Notes: generated by a model not told the origin, from the sequence alone. 64,000 bases of DNA from Amoebidium appalachense (GCA_963693365.1 CAVNZM010000006.1:1240001-1304000); one strand, 5' to 3'. Shown: positions 26,907 to 56,711, counted from the first letter of the stretch. Numbers and translations: made by a program.

Positions 26907-27745
26907 TGTCGTTGTACTTAAGTGAGGTCTGCCGCCAGCAGCGGGCGTGTGTCTGCATGTTGGATGGCCAACTTAAGGGTAGGTAATATTTAATCCGGTT
27001 GTGCCCTGGTGGTTCTGTGGCGGTTAAAGGGGACCGAAGGAAGGCAGTTCTAGCCGGAGAGGGGTTGGTGCTCCGAGTAGAGGGGCGGTGTTGGGGTGTG
27101 GGATGTGGTGAGGGAAGGGCAACGGGGGCGGGGGGAGAGGGGAGGGGGAGGGGAGGAGGAGAGAGAAGGTGGGGGGGGGGGGGGGGGGGATGGGCTAGAA
27201 TGTGGGTGGAAGATTTTGCAATGATGTGGGTGGAAGATTTTCCAGGAAAGGAGGCGATCCGGGTTACAACGGTTACAACGGGTGCATATGATCAAAGCTT
27301 TTATTATAAGTTACTCTTAGCTCTTGGATATGTTACGTTTGCGGGACTCAGCAACGGTTTAGCAAGCCCTGCACCGAACCCATGAACTCCAAACTCCTTT
27401 CACAGTCAGTATATCGTTAGTAAGCTTAAATTGCCGGACGTTCTAGTCCTAGGCTTGCCTCACCTAGTGTGTACAACAATTGCGGGAAGTCCTTCAAAAT
27501 GCTATAGTTCAGTTTTCTGAACAGTCCCAAGTTCTCTGTGAACGGCCAGGTGTTTGTTCGAATCATTATAAAAGCGCACATCCCAAGGTCACTAATGTAA
27601 AAAAAACTAACTTCTAGTTTATGTACGACTATTCATCACATGCTCACATATACTATCACGGTAATTCATGGAATTGCATTCACAATGATTTCTACATATT
27701 ATTCGGTATTATGATTGCGTTGCCAGCTGTTCTATCTCATGATTG

Positions 27746-28537
27746 CTAGCACTTAGTTAGATTTATTTTCACATTCGAATCCTGAATGAGACTAAATTTC
27801 CTTGGAGTCCCAAACGGGCGTTGCGATGCAGCGAATGCAAATTCTCGCGCGATTGGTGCGGGGAAGACTGTAAGCTCCACTAAACCCTGTGCGTGGAACT
27901 TTAATGTTGCCGCCTGAAGCATGTTTTTCTCCGTTGCCCCCAGCATGCACATTTCGTCAATAGCAACAATTGCGTCCCCAGGACGGAACTTGGCCTTTGC
28001 CGCAGCGGATTTTGGATCGTTGCTCGTAATGCCGCTTTCCGTAAATGCGAGACCAAGCAAACAGTTCTTCCCTTCTTTCACAAGTTTCCACTTTCTCATC
28101 ATTGGGGTTTCTGCAATCGTCATTTTTATTTTCTCCATGTTTCGTAGCCATTCCATTACTGTGTTGGTTTTGAATTCCCCGCCCATTTTTATGGGGACGC
28201 CATTGATTTCGTCAATTCTGTCCCCTGGTTGCATACCCACCCGCCATGCCGACGTTTTTTCATAGACGTCCGTTACGTAGAGTCGCCCATGATAGCTGCA
28301 AAGGCTTGTGCCAAAATCACAGCCAGCAATCTTTTTGAATTTTATGATGCGGCGTGTGGGAGGCAAGTCTTCGTCGTTTTCTGTCGGATTTCCGTTAAGA
28401 AATGCATCTCTGAGTTTGCATGTGGATGCGGTGGAGTTGTGGCGAGTGAGTGCGTTGATGATTGTGTTTGCGGTCCCTACTACGTTGTCGCTCGATGGAG
28501 CAAAAAGACTCGAAACTGAGCTGGAAACGACGTGCAT
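27746..28537 (-). CDS. Intronless tandem-PDZ protein, syntenin-like (263 aa)
   Basis: PDZ1 (RIIKFKK..DFGTSL..LYVTDV..SAWRVGMQPGDRIDEING) and PDZ2 (LLGLAF..SAAAKAKFRPGDAIVAID), ending VELTVFPAPI, which resembles the syntenin PDZ2 C-terminus. Confidence 0.75.
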   Translation of the reverse strand: MHVVSSSVSSLFAPSSDNVVGTANTIINALTRHNSTASTCKLRDAFLNGNPTENDEDLPPTRRIIKFKKIAGCDFGTSLCSYHGRLYVTDVYEKTSAWRVGMQPGDRIDEINGVPIKMGGEFKTNTVMEWLRNMEKIKMTIAETPMMRKWKLVKEGKNCLLGLAFTESGITSNDPKSAAAKAKFRPGDAIVAIDEMCMLGATEKNMLQAATLKFHAQGLVELTVFPAPIAREFAFAASQRPFGTPRKFSLIQDSNVKINLTKC

Positions 28538-28945
28538 TTTTGATGCCTTGTCTCTCTGTCAATATTACATGTGTTGCCACTGAAATGAAGAAGATTTGCG
28601 CGAGCTTTTGTTGGTGAAGTGGCTGATGGTATTTTCAACTTCAAGTTTCCGCAACCACTGTTTGTTCACCTCAGAGCCTAAAGGTCAGTAGGTACAAAAG
28701 CAAACATATATAATTGAATTATCTATGTGCGGGAGGTCATCTGGTTTGCAATGGTGAAACTGAATACATGTGCCCCGTGAATCGAACAACAGGACTCTCC
28801 TGGTCATGACCATGTGTGTATTATCCTCTAGCCATAGGGTCGTGTGAGAAAAGAGAAAGAATATGTAATTACGCGCGTGTGCGAACTTCAGAGCAAAATA
28901 TTTACGAAGCCGTTTAGCCAGGCCGTTATAAAACATGAATTTTTC

Positions 28946-28996
28946 ACTAGGACTCTCCTGCTGACCTGTCACTAGGACTCTCCTGCTGACCTGTCA
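28946..28996. repeat. 25-bp direct tandem duplication
   Basis: cactaggactctcctgctgacctgt occurs twice. Confidence 0.85.
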
Positions 28997-30407
28997 AGCG
29001 AACAGGGCGCCCAATATTGTAGTGGGCGAAGCTCTCTCTCTGTGTGAGTGGTCTGGCGCGCGGCAGTACGGTCGCCCATTCAGTAGATCTAGATCTATGG
29101 CAATTGCTTAGTTCATGCGGTCATTTCTAAACATGACAACAAGCGAATCACCAGGCTGTCCACATATTTCAACTAATCACAATTGCGATTAACTTATGGT
29201 GATAAGATCAAATAGATCCACAGTGATGGGCGCCTCTGGCCCTGGCGCCTGGCAGTGGCGGCCCGCGGCTGAGCCTCACTCACACTCAGCTGCAGGGCTC
29301 AGTTTCGCAACATGGGCAGTCTTTATGAACGCGTTTGAAACATGTACACGTGTAAACTCTGTCTGTTTAACACCATGTGGTAATGTGATACACCCAAACA
29401 CCTGTGCCTAGTGGGAGTAGTAGTAAACAAGCGCGAATAAACTCCGGATAACTGCAGACTCTGGTCGGGGCCTAGGCCTAGGTTTAACAGCTACATGCTG
29501 AATACACATGCCCATGCATACGCGAGCACATAACACTATGTGCATGGGTCAAAAAACATCTCGTTTTGATTATTTGTTTAGGTCCTAGAGTGAGGTGCTC
29601 ACACAGTGTAAAAATCTTCCACATACATAATGGGAATGGCATTAGTACTAGGTATTTTTTTTTTTTTTTGACTTGCATGTATGGGATCATAGTTGGAGAA
29701 TGACGGACAATGAGAGTTGCATTAGGCTAGCAGCTGATGCATTCAACACTGAACAGTACTTCGTGCACAACGCACACATGTTTACTGACAAAGTGAACGT
29801 TCCAAACCCCATACCACATGCTCCACATCATGGAAAAGTAGTGTTGAAAGCACACAGCTCCAAAGAGCACTGTCAATGACATGCACACGTGTCCTTTTGA
29901 ACTGTTTGCTTTCAACAACAAATATTTGGACTGTATGTTTATTCAAGAATTCATCTGCATGCATGTTCAGCTGCAGACCTGGGTCACAGTCATGTACCCG
30001 TTACGTTTACCTTTGATTCTATTAGAAAGGCGACTTGACATTGGGCCTCGTCCAATTTTTTTCGTCTGAGGCACTCCTACAGCAACTACTCGCATTCAAA
30101 AAGCACATAGAAAGAAGAAACATTACTGCACAGAACACGAAGTCAGAAGTCCTAGGAAATTTCTGGTCCCGGAGTTTTGCCAATTCTGCTTGTAGGCTCC
30201 TAGGCTAGAAGTGTTGACCGTGTTCAACACAGGGTTCAACGTGATAACAGATTACACACCCATGCCAGGAGGCCTATGAAAGCGGGTAAATGACTATGAA
30301 TGGCATGGAAACTAACGAATACAATACACACTCTACTTTGAAATACACCACACAAAGTAGAACAAAATTCAATGAAACCACACAACCACAGCATAACCGC
30401 ACACAGT

Positions 30408-46242
<15,835 letters not shown>

Positions 46243-46779
46243 GTTCAGGCCAGATAATAGCAGATGCTACTGCTGATCATCACTCTCACACTCAACTTCG
46301 GCAGTAACACACAAATACGGCCACAGCTTGGCTGCAGCGTGTGCATGCTGGGTGTCGCCGACGCGCCAAAATTTTGGCCCGGCCAAAAATCACGTGCAGT
46401 CCTTTCCTATTGGTTAAGCGCGAACCCAACCCTCGCTCCTATTGGTGCAATAATTACCATGACTTATCCGATAGAACCCCAATCGGCCACCGGCTCATCG
46501 ATTTCATGCGATTGCAAATCGATGTCTATGTCACCCAGCTTTTAGGCTATCCTGGAACCCTTCAAAAGTCTTCCGAAACTTTCACCCCTTCGAATTCGTT
46601 CTTCACCTTCGAATTCCAAGCTCCCGTCATCTCCCTGTCGCAGCTTCTACTATATAAGCACAGTTTTTGTTAGCTGTGCCTAAGTTAACAAGTGAATACT
46701 GTAGCTCTGGTAACAACGTAAATATCATCTTAGTCTAGTCTGTGTCTTTCAGGCTTCTAACGGCCGTTGCCACGGAATC
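46243..46779. promoter_or_regulatory. Bidirectional promoter region between the aconitase-like and RanBP3-like genes
   Basis: Start codons are ~540 bp apart head-to-head. The region is microsatellite-free and CpG-rich, with ATTGG/CCAAT motifs (~46409, 46441, 46479) and CACGTG (46391). Confidence 0.6.
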
Positions 46780-47856
46780 ATGCCTGCAGAACCAAAAGGT
46801 AGGCCTGTTACGGATCTTGTTACAACATGCAAGATTGGGCTATGTGCACAAGCACAGCACCGTGATCAGATTTCCACACACGCCCGCGTGAAACGCTTAC
46901 AATCGCAGGCAAACGCGCATGTATGTGCACATACGGATTTGGATTTACAAGCAGCACGCACGCACACGCATGCACTAAAACATACACGGATAGAAACATA
47001 CATGAAGCGACACACAAAAGGACACTGCTCTGGGAATGCGTGGAAGTGATCCTTTTGAATTATCACCTGCGACACACAAAAGGACACTGCTCTGGGAATG
47101 CGTGGAAGTGATCCTTTTGAATTATCACCTATGTGCGTCAAGACATTGGGAAGGTGAGAACATGTTGCTAAGAAGGACATAGGAGGGGTCGAGAGGAGAA
47201 GCGAGTGGTGCAGAAAGCGCGTTGGAAAAAGTACATATAGGGGAGGAGTTTCAAACCCGGGGCCTTCTGACAGAGAAGGTGATTCTTTCTTTCGCTTTCT
47301 TGGATTACAATCGCAAAAGAGAGAATTGACAAAATCGTTGCATGCCATGTAGGGCAGCGTTGGGGAGAGGAACGGCTTGGATTGAGGTATTGGGGATATG
47401 CTTTCATTGCTTAGCAAGCAGCTTGCCTTGAGCATTTGACATCCTAGATCTTGTTTACTAGCGGGGCAGAGCTCTGGTGGCTAACAAACTGCTTTGCAGA
47501 CACCAGCGCCCCACCTTCCCAGGAGGCGTCAGGGGTTAATGAGAAGGTGGGTGTCAGGCGGCTTTCCTTGGTTACCATCTACTCAGTTTCAGATGGCTAT
47601 TCTTGTGATCTTGCTTGTACTTGCTGAATCGTGAACATTTTCACCCATTCAACAATATCACCTGTTTTCCTTCTTGCTCTTGTGGGGCATTAATTGGGAC
47701 ACAAAAAACCACACACATTTATACATGCATGCAAACACACGGTGCATGCACCCTTAGGTCAACAGGGATTTCTCGAACAGCACATACCCACATACAGGTG
47801 CAGCCACGCACACATATCAACGCGGGGAGAGGAGAGAGAGAAGAGGAGGAGGGGGC

Positions 47857-47889
<33 letters not shown>

Positions 47890-49271
47890 AGAAAGAAAGA
47901 GAGCAAGAGTGTGACAGAGGCGGAGAAAGGGATGGGGAGAGGGGGGAAGGGGACGGAGAGAGGAGAGGGGAAGGGAGAGAGATATAAAAGAGTGACGGGG
48001 GGGGGGGGGGGGGGGGTAACCACATGCCCAAGTATTTAATGATATGTGAGCCCAACCCGTTCTATATTCTTGACCTAAGACCTGCTGCCGCCTCCCTTCA
48101 ACTTCCTACCCTTCTCCCCCCCCCCCTTCCCCTCCCCTCCTTGTTTTCCCTTGGCTTTGGTCCCTTCTCTGTTGTCGTTTTCTGCCCTCCTGACTGCCCT
48201 CCCCTGCCCCCCCTCCCCCTCTGCGCTCGTTGCCACATATAACTGTCTTTTCGACTGTCGTCACCTTTTTTTGTTTTTTTACTTTTACATTATTTCGAAT
48301 GCTTTCCTTTCCTCCCTATCCTCTTGCTTTCCCCTACTGTCTCTCTTACTTACCTCTCAATGGCCCTTTATGACACCACCAGCATCCCCACATGGCCGCC
48401 CACAGTATGCCATAAGCCTTTTTTTCTCTTTTGTGCTCGGTTTTTCTCCCCTGCTTCATACATCTTTTTTTCGTGCAACACTCTGACTGGCCTTTCCAGC
48501 ACGAATCAGCCACGGCAGAGATGCAAGACACTAAGGACAGCACAGACAAAGCACAGCCCAGTGAGGAAGGTATGATGGGTGGAAGTTGGCCATTGAGTGT
48601 GGGCTCTGTGAGGTTGAACATGCAAAAAGTTGCTTGTTTTTTTTTTTGTGTGCGTGTGTGTTTTGTGTTTGTGTGTGTGTGTGTGTGTGTTTGTGTTTGG
48701 GGGGGGGGGGGGGGGGGGGGCTAGTTCAGTTGAAATTCTGGCTCTGACTTTTTACATTAGAGAGTCAAGGGGAGACACTGTGTGGGACGTATAACGAGAT
48801 TCCATTGTATGGCCTGGGCTTTCGGGCTGATTCAGTTAGCATGCACTGTGTACTGCATGGGGTGCTAAGTGCTGGTGGGTTTGGTTTGCATTGCAGCGTC
48901 AAGGAAACGATCGGCAGATGAAGACGACACAGACCAGGCAGCCAAGCGTACCAAGCAAGAAGAGGTGTGTGTGTGTGTGTGTTTTGCTCTTTGTTTCTCT
49001 CCTTTCTTTGGGGAGAGGGGGGGGGGGGGGGGGGGGGGGGGATCAGGCAATAGAAAACAATGAATGTTCACTTTCCGAGGCACCAATGGCAGATTCTGGA
49101 TTTTCCTCTTTTCTCTTATTCCCTCTCGTGCGTGTGTGGATGTTTGGTGCGAGTGTTTGGGATTGTGTGGTGTGTGATGGTTTTTCTTTGTGTGGGTTTT
49201 TTTGGGGGGGGGGGGGGGGGGGGGGGGATGATGGGTGTGTGACCCTGTGTGTGTGTGTGTGTTTTTTTGTT

Positions 49272-49303
<32 letters not shown>

Positions 49304-49518
49304 GCAGTTACTCGATGAAATGTCTGACTTAAGGTGCAGGGAGGCAAGGAGGAGAAGAAAGACACAGCGGGCCAAGGTGGGTGCCAGCCAGGGGGGGCTG
49401 TGTGCATGCAGGAGGGGACATAGCCATTTATGGGCCACGGGTTTTGTTTTTACTTTCCTGGTCCCTTCCCCCCTTAGGGTTCCTGGTCCCCGTCAGGCCT
49501 TTTTTCCCCCAGGGAGGG

Positions 49519-49556
<38 letters not shown>

Positions 49557-50051
49557 GGGCATGTGAATGCGTGGGGATTCATGGAAATATTATTTCCTGT
49601 TACAGGAGACGTTTTCTGGAACTGGTTATGTGTTTTGCTAATGGGGGATGACTTGTGCGAGGTAGTGTTAATTATGGCTAATTATTTAATTATTATTTTT
49701 ATTTTTTATTTTGGAGGGGGGGGGGGGGGGGGGGGCTTTCTGCTGGGAGGGGAAGAGGGAGACAGAGATTGCCTTTTTACAGATGAGGCATGACAGGCTG
49801 CATTACATGTTGGCACTGTGGGATACCGCCCTGCATGCACATGCACACACCCCCGTTATTCTTCACCCATCCCCCTGTGTGCTCACGAACCCACGTGCAG
49901 GCACGGGGCTGTTTGGGGGGGCTTTGGGGCCAGCAAGGGCTTTGGCTTTGGCAGCTTCAAGCCGGCAGCCACAGGGGCCAGCAGCGGTGGCTTTGGGCTC
50001 GGCGCAATGGGGGGTGGTGCATCCGGGGTATGTACCCCATACACATACATG

Positions 50052-50103
<52 letters not shown>

Positions 50104-50911
50104 CATAACCTTACATACCCGCGCTCCTCTTCCGTAACACAAATACAAATGAACAAATAAAATAGATATAAATATAAAAAATATATATGGAATAAACCAC
50201 CCACAAAACACACACCCATCTCACCATGCCCCACCCACCCACCCACTCACCCAACCGACCAAGACACTCTCTTGTCTCCCCCCCATTCCCCCCTTCCCCC
50301 CCCCCCCTCCCCCCCCTCCCCCGCCGCTTCCGAAAAATCCTGTTTCCTAGAAGGGAGGGGGGGGGGGGGGGGAGGTACACACAATAGCTTTATGGCAGCA
50401 ATAATTAATTTGCATCCAACTGGACCAGCTCTTTTCTCCCTCCCTCTGGTGCATTACACAGCTCCTACGTTCGTGTTTGCCCCGCAGGGTCCCTCTCACA
50501 CTCATTCTGACGGCATCTTCCCATGTGCGTTGCAGGGCACAAACTACTTCACACAGGCAGCTATGAAGGTGGCTACAAATCCCAGCGGCGGCTTCTCTGG
50601 CTTTGGCAGTTTGAGCAAGTTCTCTAGGTCTGTGCCTTCTTCCCTCCCCGCTTCCCCCCCCCCCGGTGCCCAAAAAGAATTGGGGGGGGGGGAGGGGGGG
50701 AGATATAAACATCGTGGTGGTTGCTGTGCACTGCAGTGGGATGGAGTGATAGTCGGGAGAATGCATGGCTGCCTCTGAGAATGGACATGGTGCCCTTTTG
50801 CAGAACTGTGGGGAATGGTCCCCCCCCCCCCCCCCCCCCCCCCTTTCCCCCTTCCTCTCTTCCCACCCCTGGGTCCCCAAAAAGAAAAAAATGGACAAGC
50901 ACACACACACA

Positions 50912-50960
<49 letters not shown>

Positions 50961-53109
50961 GCGCACGCACACACCACGTACACACTCACTCACTCACTCA
51001 CTCACTCACTCACTCACTCACTCACTCACTCACACACAAACGCAACCACACACGTAGATATATATGCACATAGGTGCGCTTACACCTCCCCCCCCCCCCC
51101 CCCCCCCCCCCCCCAAACCCACGCACCCGCCCTCCGAAACACACACGAGCGAAGAACTTCTTATCAATCCAAACACATGTCCCAATTCATGCTAACCTGT
51201 GTGTGCTGGGCACAGTGTGTCGGGAGACAAGAAGGAAGACGGGGCCAGCTCAGACACGGCTGTAGCCACGGAGACAAAAAAAGAGGCACCAGCAGCAGAC
51301 AGCAGTGCTGTGGCCTTTCCAGACAACTACGAGTATGAGACAGGCACAGAGGGGGAGAGCATGGTGGCCCAGGTGTGTGCTGGTGTTTGTCGTGTGTGTG
51401 TCATGACAACCAGCTTTGACATAACGATATGATTGCTTTGCAATGGTCTGTCGCTTCAACAATTCCCTTGACTAAACTACCGCTCCCTCCCTCCTCCTCC
51501 TCCCCCCCAACCCCCCACCCCCACCGCACACATTGACTAGCCATCTGTATCAACTCTTATCTATCCCCCTCTTCTGAGCATGAGCTCTGTGCATGTGTAT
51601 GTTTTTTCACACCATTTCATACTTCATATCATCCTTTTAGCTCTCTGTACTTTACAGTTCGTCCTACTATGACCCACCCCCCATCCCCTCCCCCACCCAC
51701 CCACCCATCCAACCCCCTGCAATGTACTTTGTTTGTTGTCCGTCATGAATGTGTTTTTCGTTTCCTGTAAGGCATTCTAAACCCCCCCCCCCCCCCCCCC
51801 CCCCTTCTCCCCCCCCCCAGTGCCGGGCCAAGCTGCACCACCTGGACACCAGCGACCGCAACTGGAAGAGCAGGGGGGAGGGCACCCTCAAGCTGATGGA
51901 GACCGACGTACCGGACGAGCACGGCAGCTGCAAGCCCCGCCTGGGTGTGTGTTATGTGCTCGGTTGTTTGAATGTGTGCTGCCCTCTTTATGTGCATGTT
52001 CCCTGTGTGTGTGTGTGTGTGTGTGTGTGTTTGTGTGTGTGTTTGTGAGTTTGTGTGTGTTTTTTGGGGGGGGGGGGGGAGGGGGGGGGGGGGGACATGG
52101 TTATCATGATGTTTCTCTATCAACCACCTTCTTTTCTCTTGCGCTCCCCCCCCCCCCCCCCCCCCTCGATGATGCTTGTTTTGCACTCACACGTGTGCCC
52201 TACCTGGGCTTTAAGTGTGTGTGGTTTTGCCCTCACACGTGCGCTGCTTTGTGCCATGGGTGTTTTTTCTCTCAAAAGTAGCTACCTGGGCAGAGTTGTG
52301 TGTGGATTTTGCGCTCACACTGTTCTGTGTTGCAGTGATGTGGTGCACGGGTTCCAAGCGTCTGCTGCTCAATGTGCGCATCTGGGACGGCATGTGCATC
52401 GAGAGGGTCAACGAGAAGCGTCTGCGCTTCCTGGCTGTCGAGACCGAGGACGGCCAGACACAAATGAACACATACCTGGTCACGGTACGTGGCTGTGTTG
52501 GAACCCCCTTTATTCATGCAGTGTACCCAATGTTGGACCCCCCCCCCCCCCCCCCCCCCCTCCCCCTCTTCCCCCTCCCCCACCTTTGCAATACGATACG
52601 TAATAGGGGTGCTGGGTGAGCCTCAGGCACATGCATAGTAGGTCGGTACACATTGTTTTAACTACTTAAGGTTCGTTGATTCTGTGTTGGATTGAACCTC
52701 TTTGCTGCACCTGATACCGAATTTGCGCAGTTGACATGAACGGAAATGGCGCTGTTTGGTCACATCACGGTAGTCTTGCTCTGAACGGGCCTTCCATGGT
52801 TCCACCTCCAACAATCGGTTGTGGTGGTGGCTGCTAGATATGGGCTCCTTTTTTCGCCCCTGCTCCCCTTTTTTTTTCCTCCTTGCTTTCTTCCCTTTTT
52901 TTGATATCGATCCCTTGGTCTCCCCTGTTTCATTTTTATTTTTTACTTTTTTTATTTTTTTTCCCTTCCCTTCTCCCTTCCCCTTGTTCTTGTGGGCCTC
53001 TACCATGTTTGGTAACATCCTGGCTGCAGACGAGTGCCACGGATGCCGAGACCATGTTCCAGCTCATCAGCAAGCGCGTCACCATCCACACCAGTATGCA
53101 TCCCGTCCA

Positions 53110-53141
<32 letters not shown>

Positions 53142-53224
53142 CCCGGACATACACACACACCTCCCCTCTCCCTCTCCCTATTGCTCTGTCCCTCTCCCCC
53201 CCTCCCTCCTTCCCTCACTCCCTC

Positions 53225-53301
<77 letters not shown>

Positions 53302-53305
53302 CTCC

Positions 53306-53338
<33 letters not shown>

Positions 53339-53981
53339 AGGCGCCGTCTCTGCAAGTTCGTGTCTTTCTCTTTCTTTCTGATGCACACAAAAACTGGCAA
53401 GTTCGATGATTATGATAGTGCTTTCGGTTGAATGGAAAAGCCGCTACTATTATGAAAGATTTAAAAAAATTGTATTCTCTCCCCTTCGGCTGCTGCTCTT
53501 AGACTAGCAGTCCAAGCCTAACATACAATGAAACACGCAACCATTTACTGTTGTCTTTGAATCCACAGTCCCAGAACCCCCCGGGTACTGTGGATGACGT
53601 GGGCCCCCCCTGAGGATGGGCTCTGCTTATTATGCATACTCTTTATGTATGGCTTGCATTCTGCATCGTGTTATCCGTTTGTTCTTGTGTACTTCGTACT
53701 TTTTGACGCATTCAAAACCCCCCCCCCCCCCCCCCCCCCCCCGTTCTCTTCGATGATCGGATCTACTGTATGTTGCATACTCGTGTGTTGTTTGTTCATA
53801 TATGCATCCTTTCTTCCCAATTTACGTCTATCCTCTTGCTGACGGTTTGTTTCTTGCAGACACGAACAGCAAGCAGGCACAGGGGGAGAGCACGGTAGCT
53901 GGGGTGACGTTTACGAAGGCAGAGAGCAACCTGTCGGAGATTGCACGGCAGTCCATGGCTGCAAAGGACGATGACGAATGA
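46780..53981 (+). CDS. RanBP3/Yrb2-like protein (NLS, FG repeats, RanBP1-type Ran-binding domain), ~11 exons
   Basis: Joined exons: MPAEPK|DTSAPP..EK|HESAT..EE|ASRKRS..AKRTKQEE|..|GFGASKGFGFGSF..|..GFSGFGSL..|YETGTEGESMVAQ|CRAKLHHLD..WKSRGEGTLKL..RL|VMWCTGSKRLLLNVRIW..|..KDDDE*. Needs one indel in the G7 run at 49915-49921. Confidence 0.8.
47007..47130. repeat. 62-bp perfect tandem duplication, intronic
   Basis: gcgacacacaaaaggacactgctctgggaatgcgtggaagtgatccttttgaattatcacct occurs twice. Confidence 0.9.
53582..53717 (+). mobile_element. Poly-C-ended short interspersed repeat in the last RanBP3-like intron
   Basis: Essentially the reverse complement of 43654-43789; followed by a run of ~25 C. 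Confidence 0.8.
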
Positions 53982-54912
53982 ATCTGCTGTATGCCGTATA
54001 TCACCACACACACTTAGGTTATGTTCGACACTGGTTATCGGCCAACAATTCGTATGCGCAGGCAGGCATGCATGCACCCCATTACACACGACGCACTGTG
54101 ACTCGAGGGAGAATTGTCCGGGATATGAGCTATATGCACCTTACTACGAAAATGACCACATGCTACACTCTGATTGGTACCACAGCGTTAGCACAAAGGC
54201 CTACACCCAATCTCCCGTATGTTTTCATGTGGCCTGCTATACACCTTCCTGTTTTCCTTCTCGTTGCTTTTCTTGGCTTTCCTGTCTTTGTCCCTTCTTG
54301 ACTTCTCGTTTCGGCTGTTTACGGGGCCCGTGCTATCAAAGGTGGCTGTAGAAGCTTGGCGGTTGCGTCGTGTGGGTGGGTGGGGCCCGGCTGGCCGGGA
54401 GGGGGGTTTGTACAGGATACGTATGCACCGCGTGCATAATTGACGTCAGTGATTGCATAATAATGACATGGACAAATTGCGTAATTTTCTTCAGCAGTGT
54501 GATCATGTTGGTGGGCTGGAGCACACGCCTGCTTATAATCGTTCATAATACCCTAGATTAATATTTCTGTGAGGCCGTGTGTGTGGGTGCATGTGTGGTG
54601 GTTTGGCGGGACCCGGTGGGGAATCGCCTTGGACGTTGTTTGGATTGTTGAGGTATCATGGCAGCTATTGCCCCCCCCCCCCCCCCCCCCTCCTTTTTTT
54701 TTTTTTTTCTTTTTTTTTTTTCTTTGTGTACATGTGTGTGTGTTGACTGAGCTTGCCACAGGGAGCAGCCGCTGCACCGGGGTGGTGCCGGTGGTAATTT
54801 TGGTCCTGGTGGTGGTGCGTGTGTGTGCGTGCGTGCGTGCGCGCGCGCGCGCGTGCGCGCGTGCATGCGTGACTCTGTGTGTGTGTGCGCGCGTGTGCGT
54901 GTTGAACTTTGT

Positions 54913-54951
<39 letters not shown>

Positions 54952-55491
54952 GCAAATTAGTTTTTGTAATTTATTATAACGTGAAATTGAGTCTCGGCCT
55001 ACTAATTAGTGACGTAGTACAGTTGCTCGGGTTTTCTTCAACGGAAGTTCTGGTTCACGGTGCACTTGCACATGGTGGGTGACCCATAATCAAGGACTTG
55101 CTAGCGCTGTTGCCATTTTGTTGCAGATGATTTGAATCTCAGACTCTGGAAATAACCACGTCAATACGTCTGCAAGCTTGGCTGAGGCTCTCCTAATACT
55201 TTGAACGCGGCAGGTCGGCTCGGGCCCCTCTGCTCGACATTCGAAAACCTCATCACATCCCCGCGTTATATGTGGAGAAAAAAAGATCGAATGTCTAGCT
55301 CAGCCATTGTTGTTGGGCAATACATACAGCACACACCCAAGGTGGAGGTGCACAAGGGGCCATCACGGTGTACAGTACGGGCTTACATATGCATGGTCGT
55401 TCGTGCCTCAGCCTGGTTTAGCAAGCTTTTTTCCATGCTAGCTTGGCCAATACGCCCTTTTCCTTGTGCTTGCCGACGAGTCGGAGCACTA

Positions 55492-56357
55492 CTAGAAAAT
55501 GGGCAACCACCGCAGCGAAGATGGCGTTTGACGATACGTTGTGCCAGCCGCAATCTTGTTTGATTGGCCCTCAATGTCGCAAACAGCGGTCAGTAGGCCT
55601 GTGGCGACCACAGCAAGACCGAGCAGTAGCAGCCATTTGAGAGCAGTGGTGCTGCATATGGTTGAGTCCTCAATGGCACGATGTGTGTTATGCATTCAAA
55701 TCCAATACTACTGTATACAGTAGTGTGGCCCTTCTTTGCCACCTGCAAGCACACCATTAGTACAACGGTATGTATGTACTATGGAGACTTGGAGTTAAGA
55801 TACTAACTTAAGTGTATTATTGTACTGTAACAGTACTCCGTATCTAGATCTATGATACATATTATTCCCAATAACGGTTCAAACTTTCAAAAAAATCCGT
55901 TCTTGTCCCCGCCCTGGATCTGCCTCTCAGGGGCCTCGCATTGCAACTACCCTTTGACCAAGCACACCGACTGTACCCTATCTATAGGTAGGTTGATAAT
56001 CATGGTGCAATCATCTATGTAAGTCAAACAAACCCGGTGCATGTGTGTATACCAATCCTAAATACGAGCACATACTTAGCTAAGGGTTTGTGCCCGGAGA
56101 TAAGCCATACCTTCATTCTTGGCCATCCAAGCAACCTGCACGGTTTGCGGGATCATTGTTATAAAGGCTGCTAGGGTTATGTGGATGGCCCACGTGTAGT
56201 ACTCCGAGTAACTGTTGATGCCGACCTTGTGGTTGACAAGGAAAAGGGAGAGTGCGGCCAAACCGCACAAAACCGTCAGCCCTACGGTGAGCAGCAGGCG
56301 ATCACATGTCCCTCTGCATACCCTACTGAAGGACCAGCCTGCAGATGCTGGCGGCAT
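55492..56357 (-). pseudogene. Probable decayed multi-pass membrane protein gene
   Basis: Hydrophobic exon (MPPASAG..LLLTVGLTVLCGLAALSLFLV..KNE), donor gtatgg, acceptor ttgcag near 55743. The continuing frame reads GGKEGPHYCIQ*YWI*MHNTH..KWLLLLGLAVVATGLL with two in-frame stops. Confidence 0.35.
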
Positions 56358-56491
56358 GAAAGCTGCATGGAACAGTTTAAGGAAATAAGCAGCCGTGGGT
56401 ATCCGGAGGGAGATTGGAGGGAGAGAAAGAGATCGGAGAGAGAGAGATTGCAAATGTAGGAGAGATTTGGGGGAGGCCGGTGAGATTTGGG

Positions 56492-56539
<48 letters not shown>

Positions 56540-56614
56540 TCGGAGGGGGAGAGAGAGAGAGACTGAGAGAGAGAGAGAGAGAGAGAGGAGGGGGGGGGGG
56601 GGAGCGAGTCTCTC

Positions 56615-56711
<97 letters not shown>

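Noticed and set aside
29480-30230. Short ORFs in a TG/CA-rich stretch, possibly a decayed transposase
   Set aside because: No recognisable motif in the frames I examined.
55660-55695. HRAIED resembling a DEDDh exonuclease ExoIII motif
   Set aside because: No ExoI or ExoII motifs, and the flanks are hydrophobic and membrane-like.
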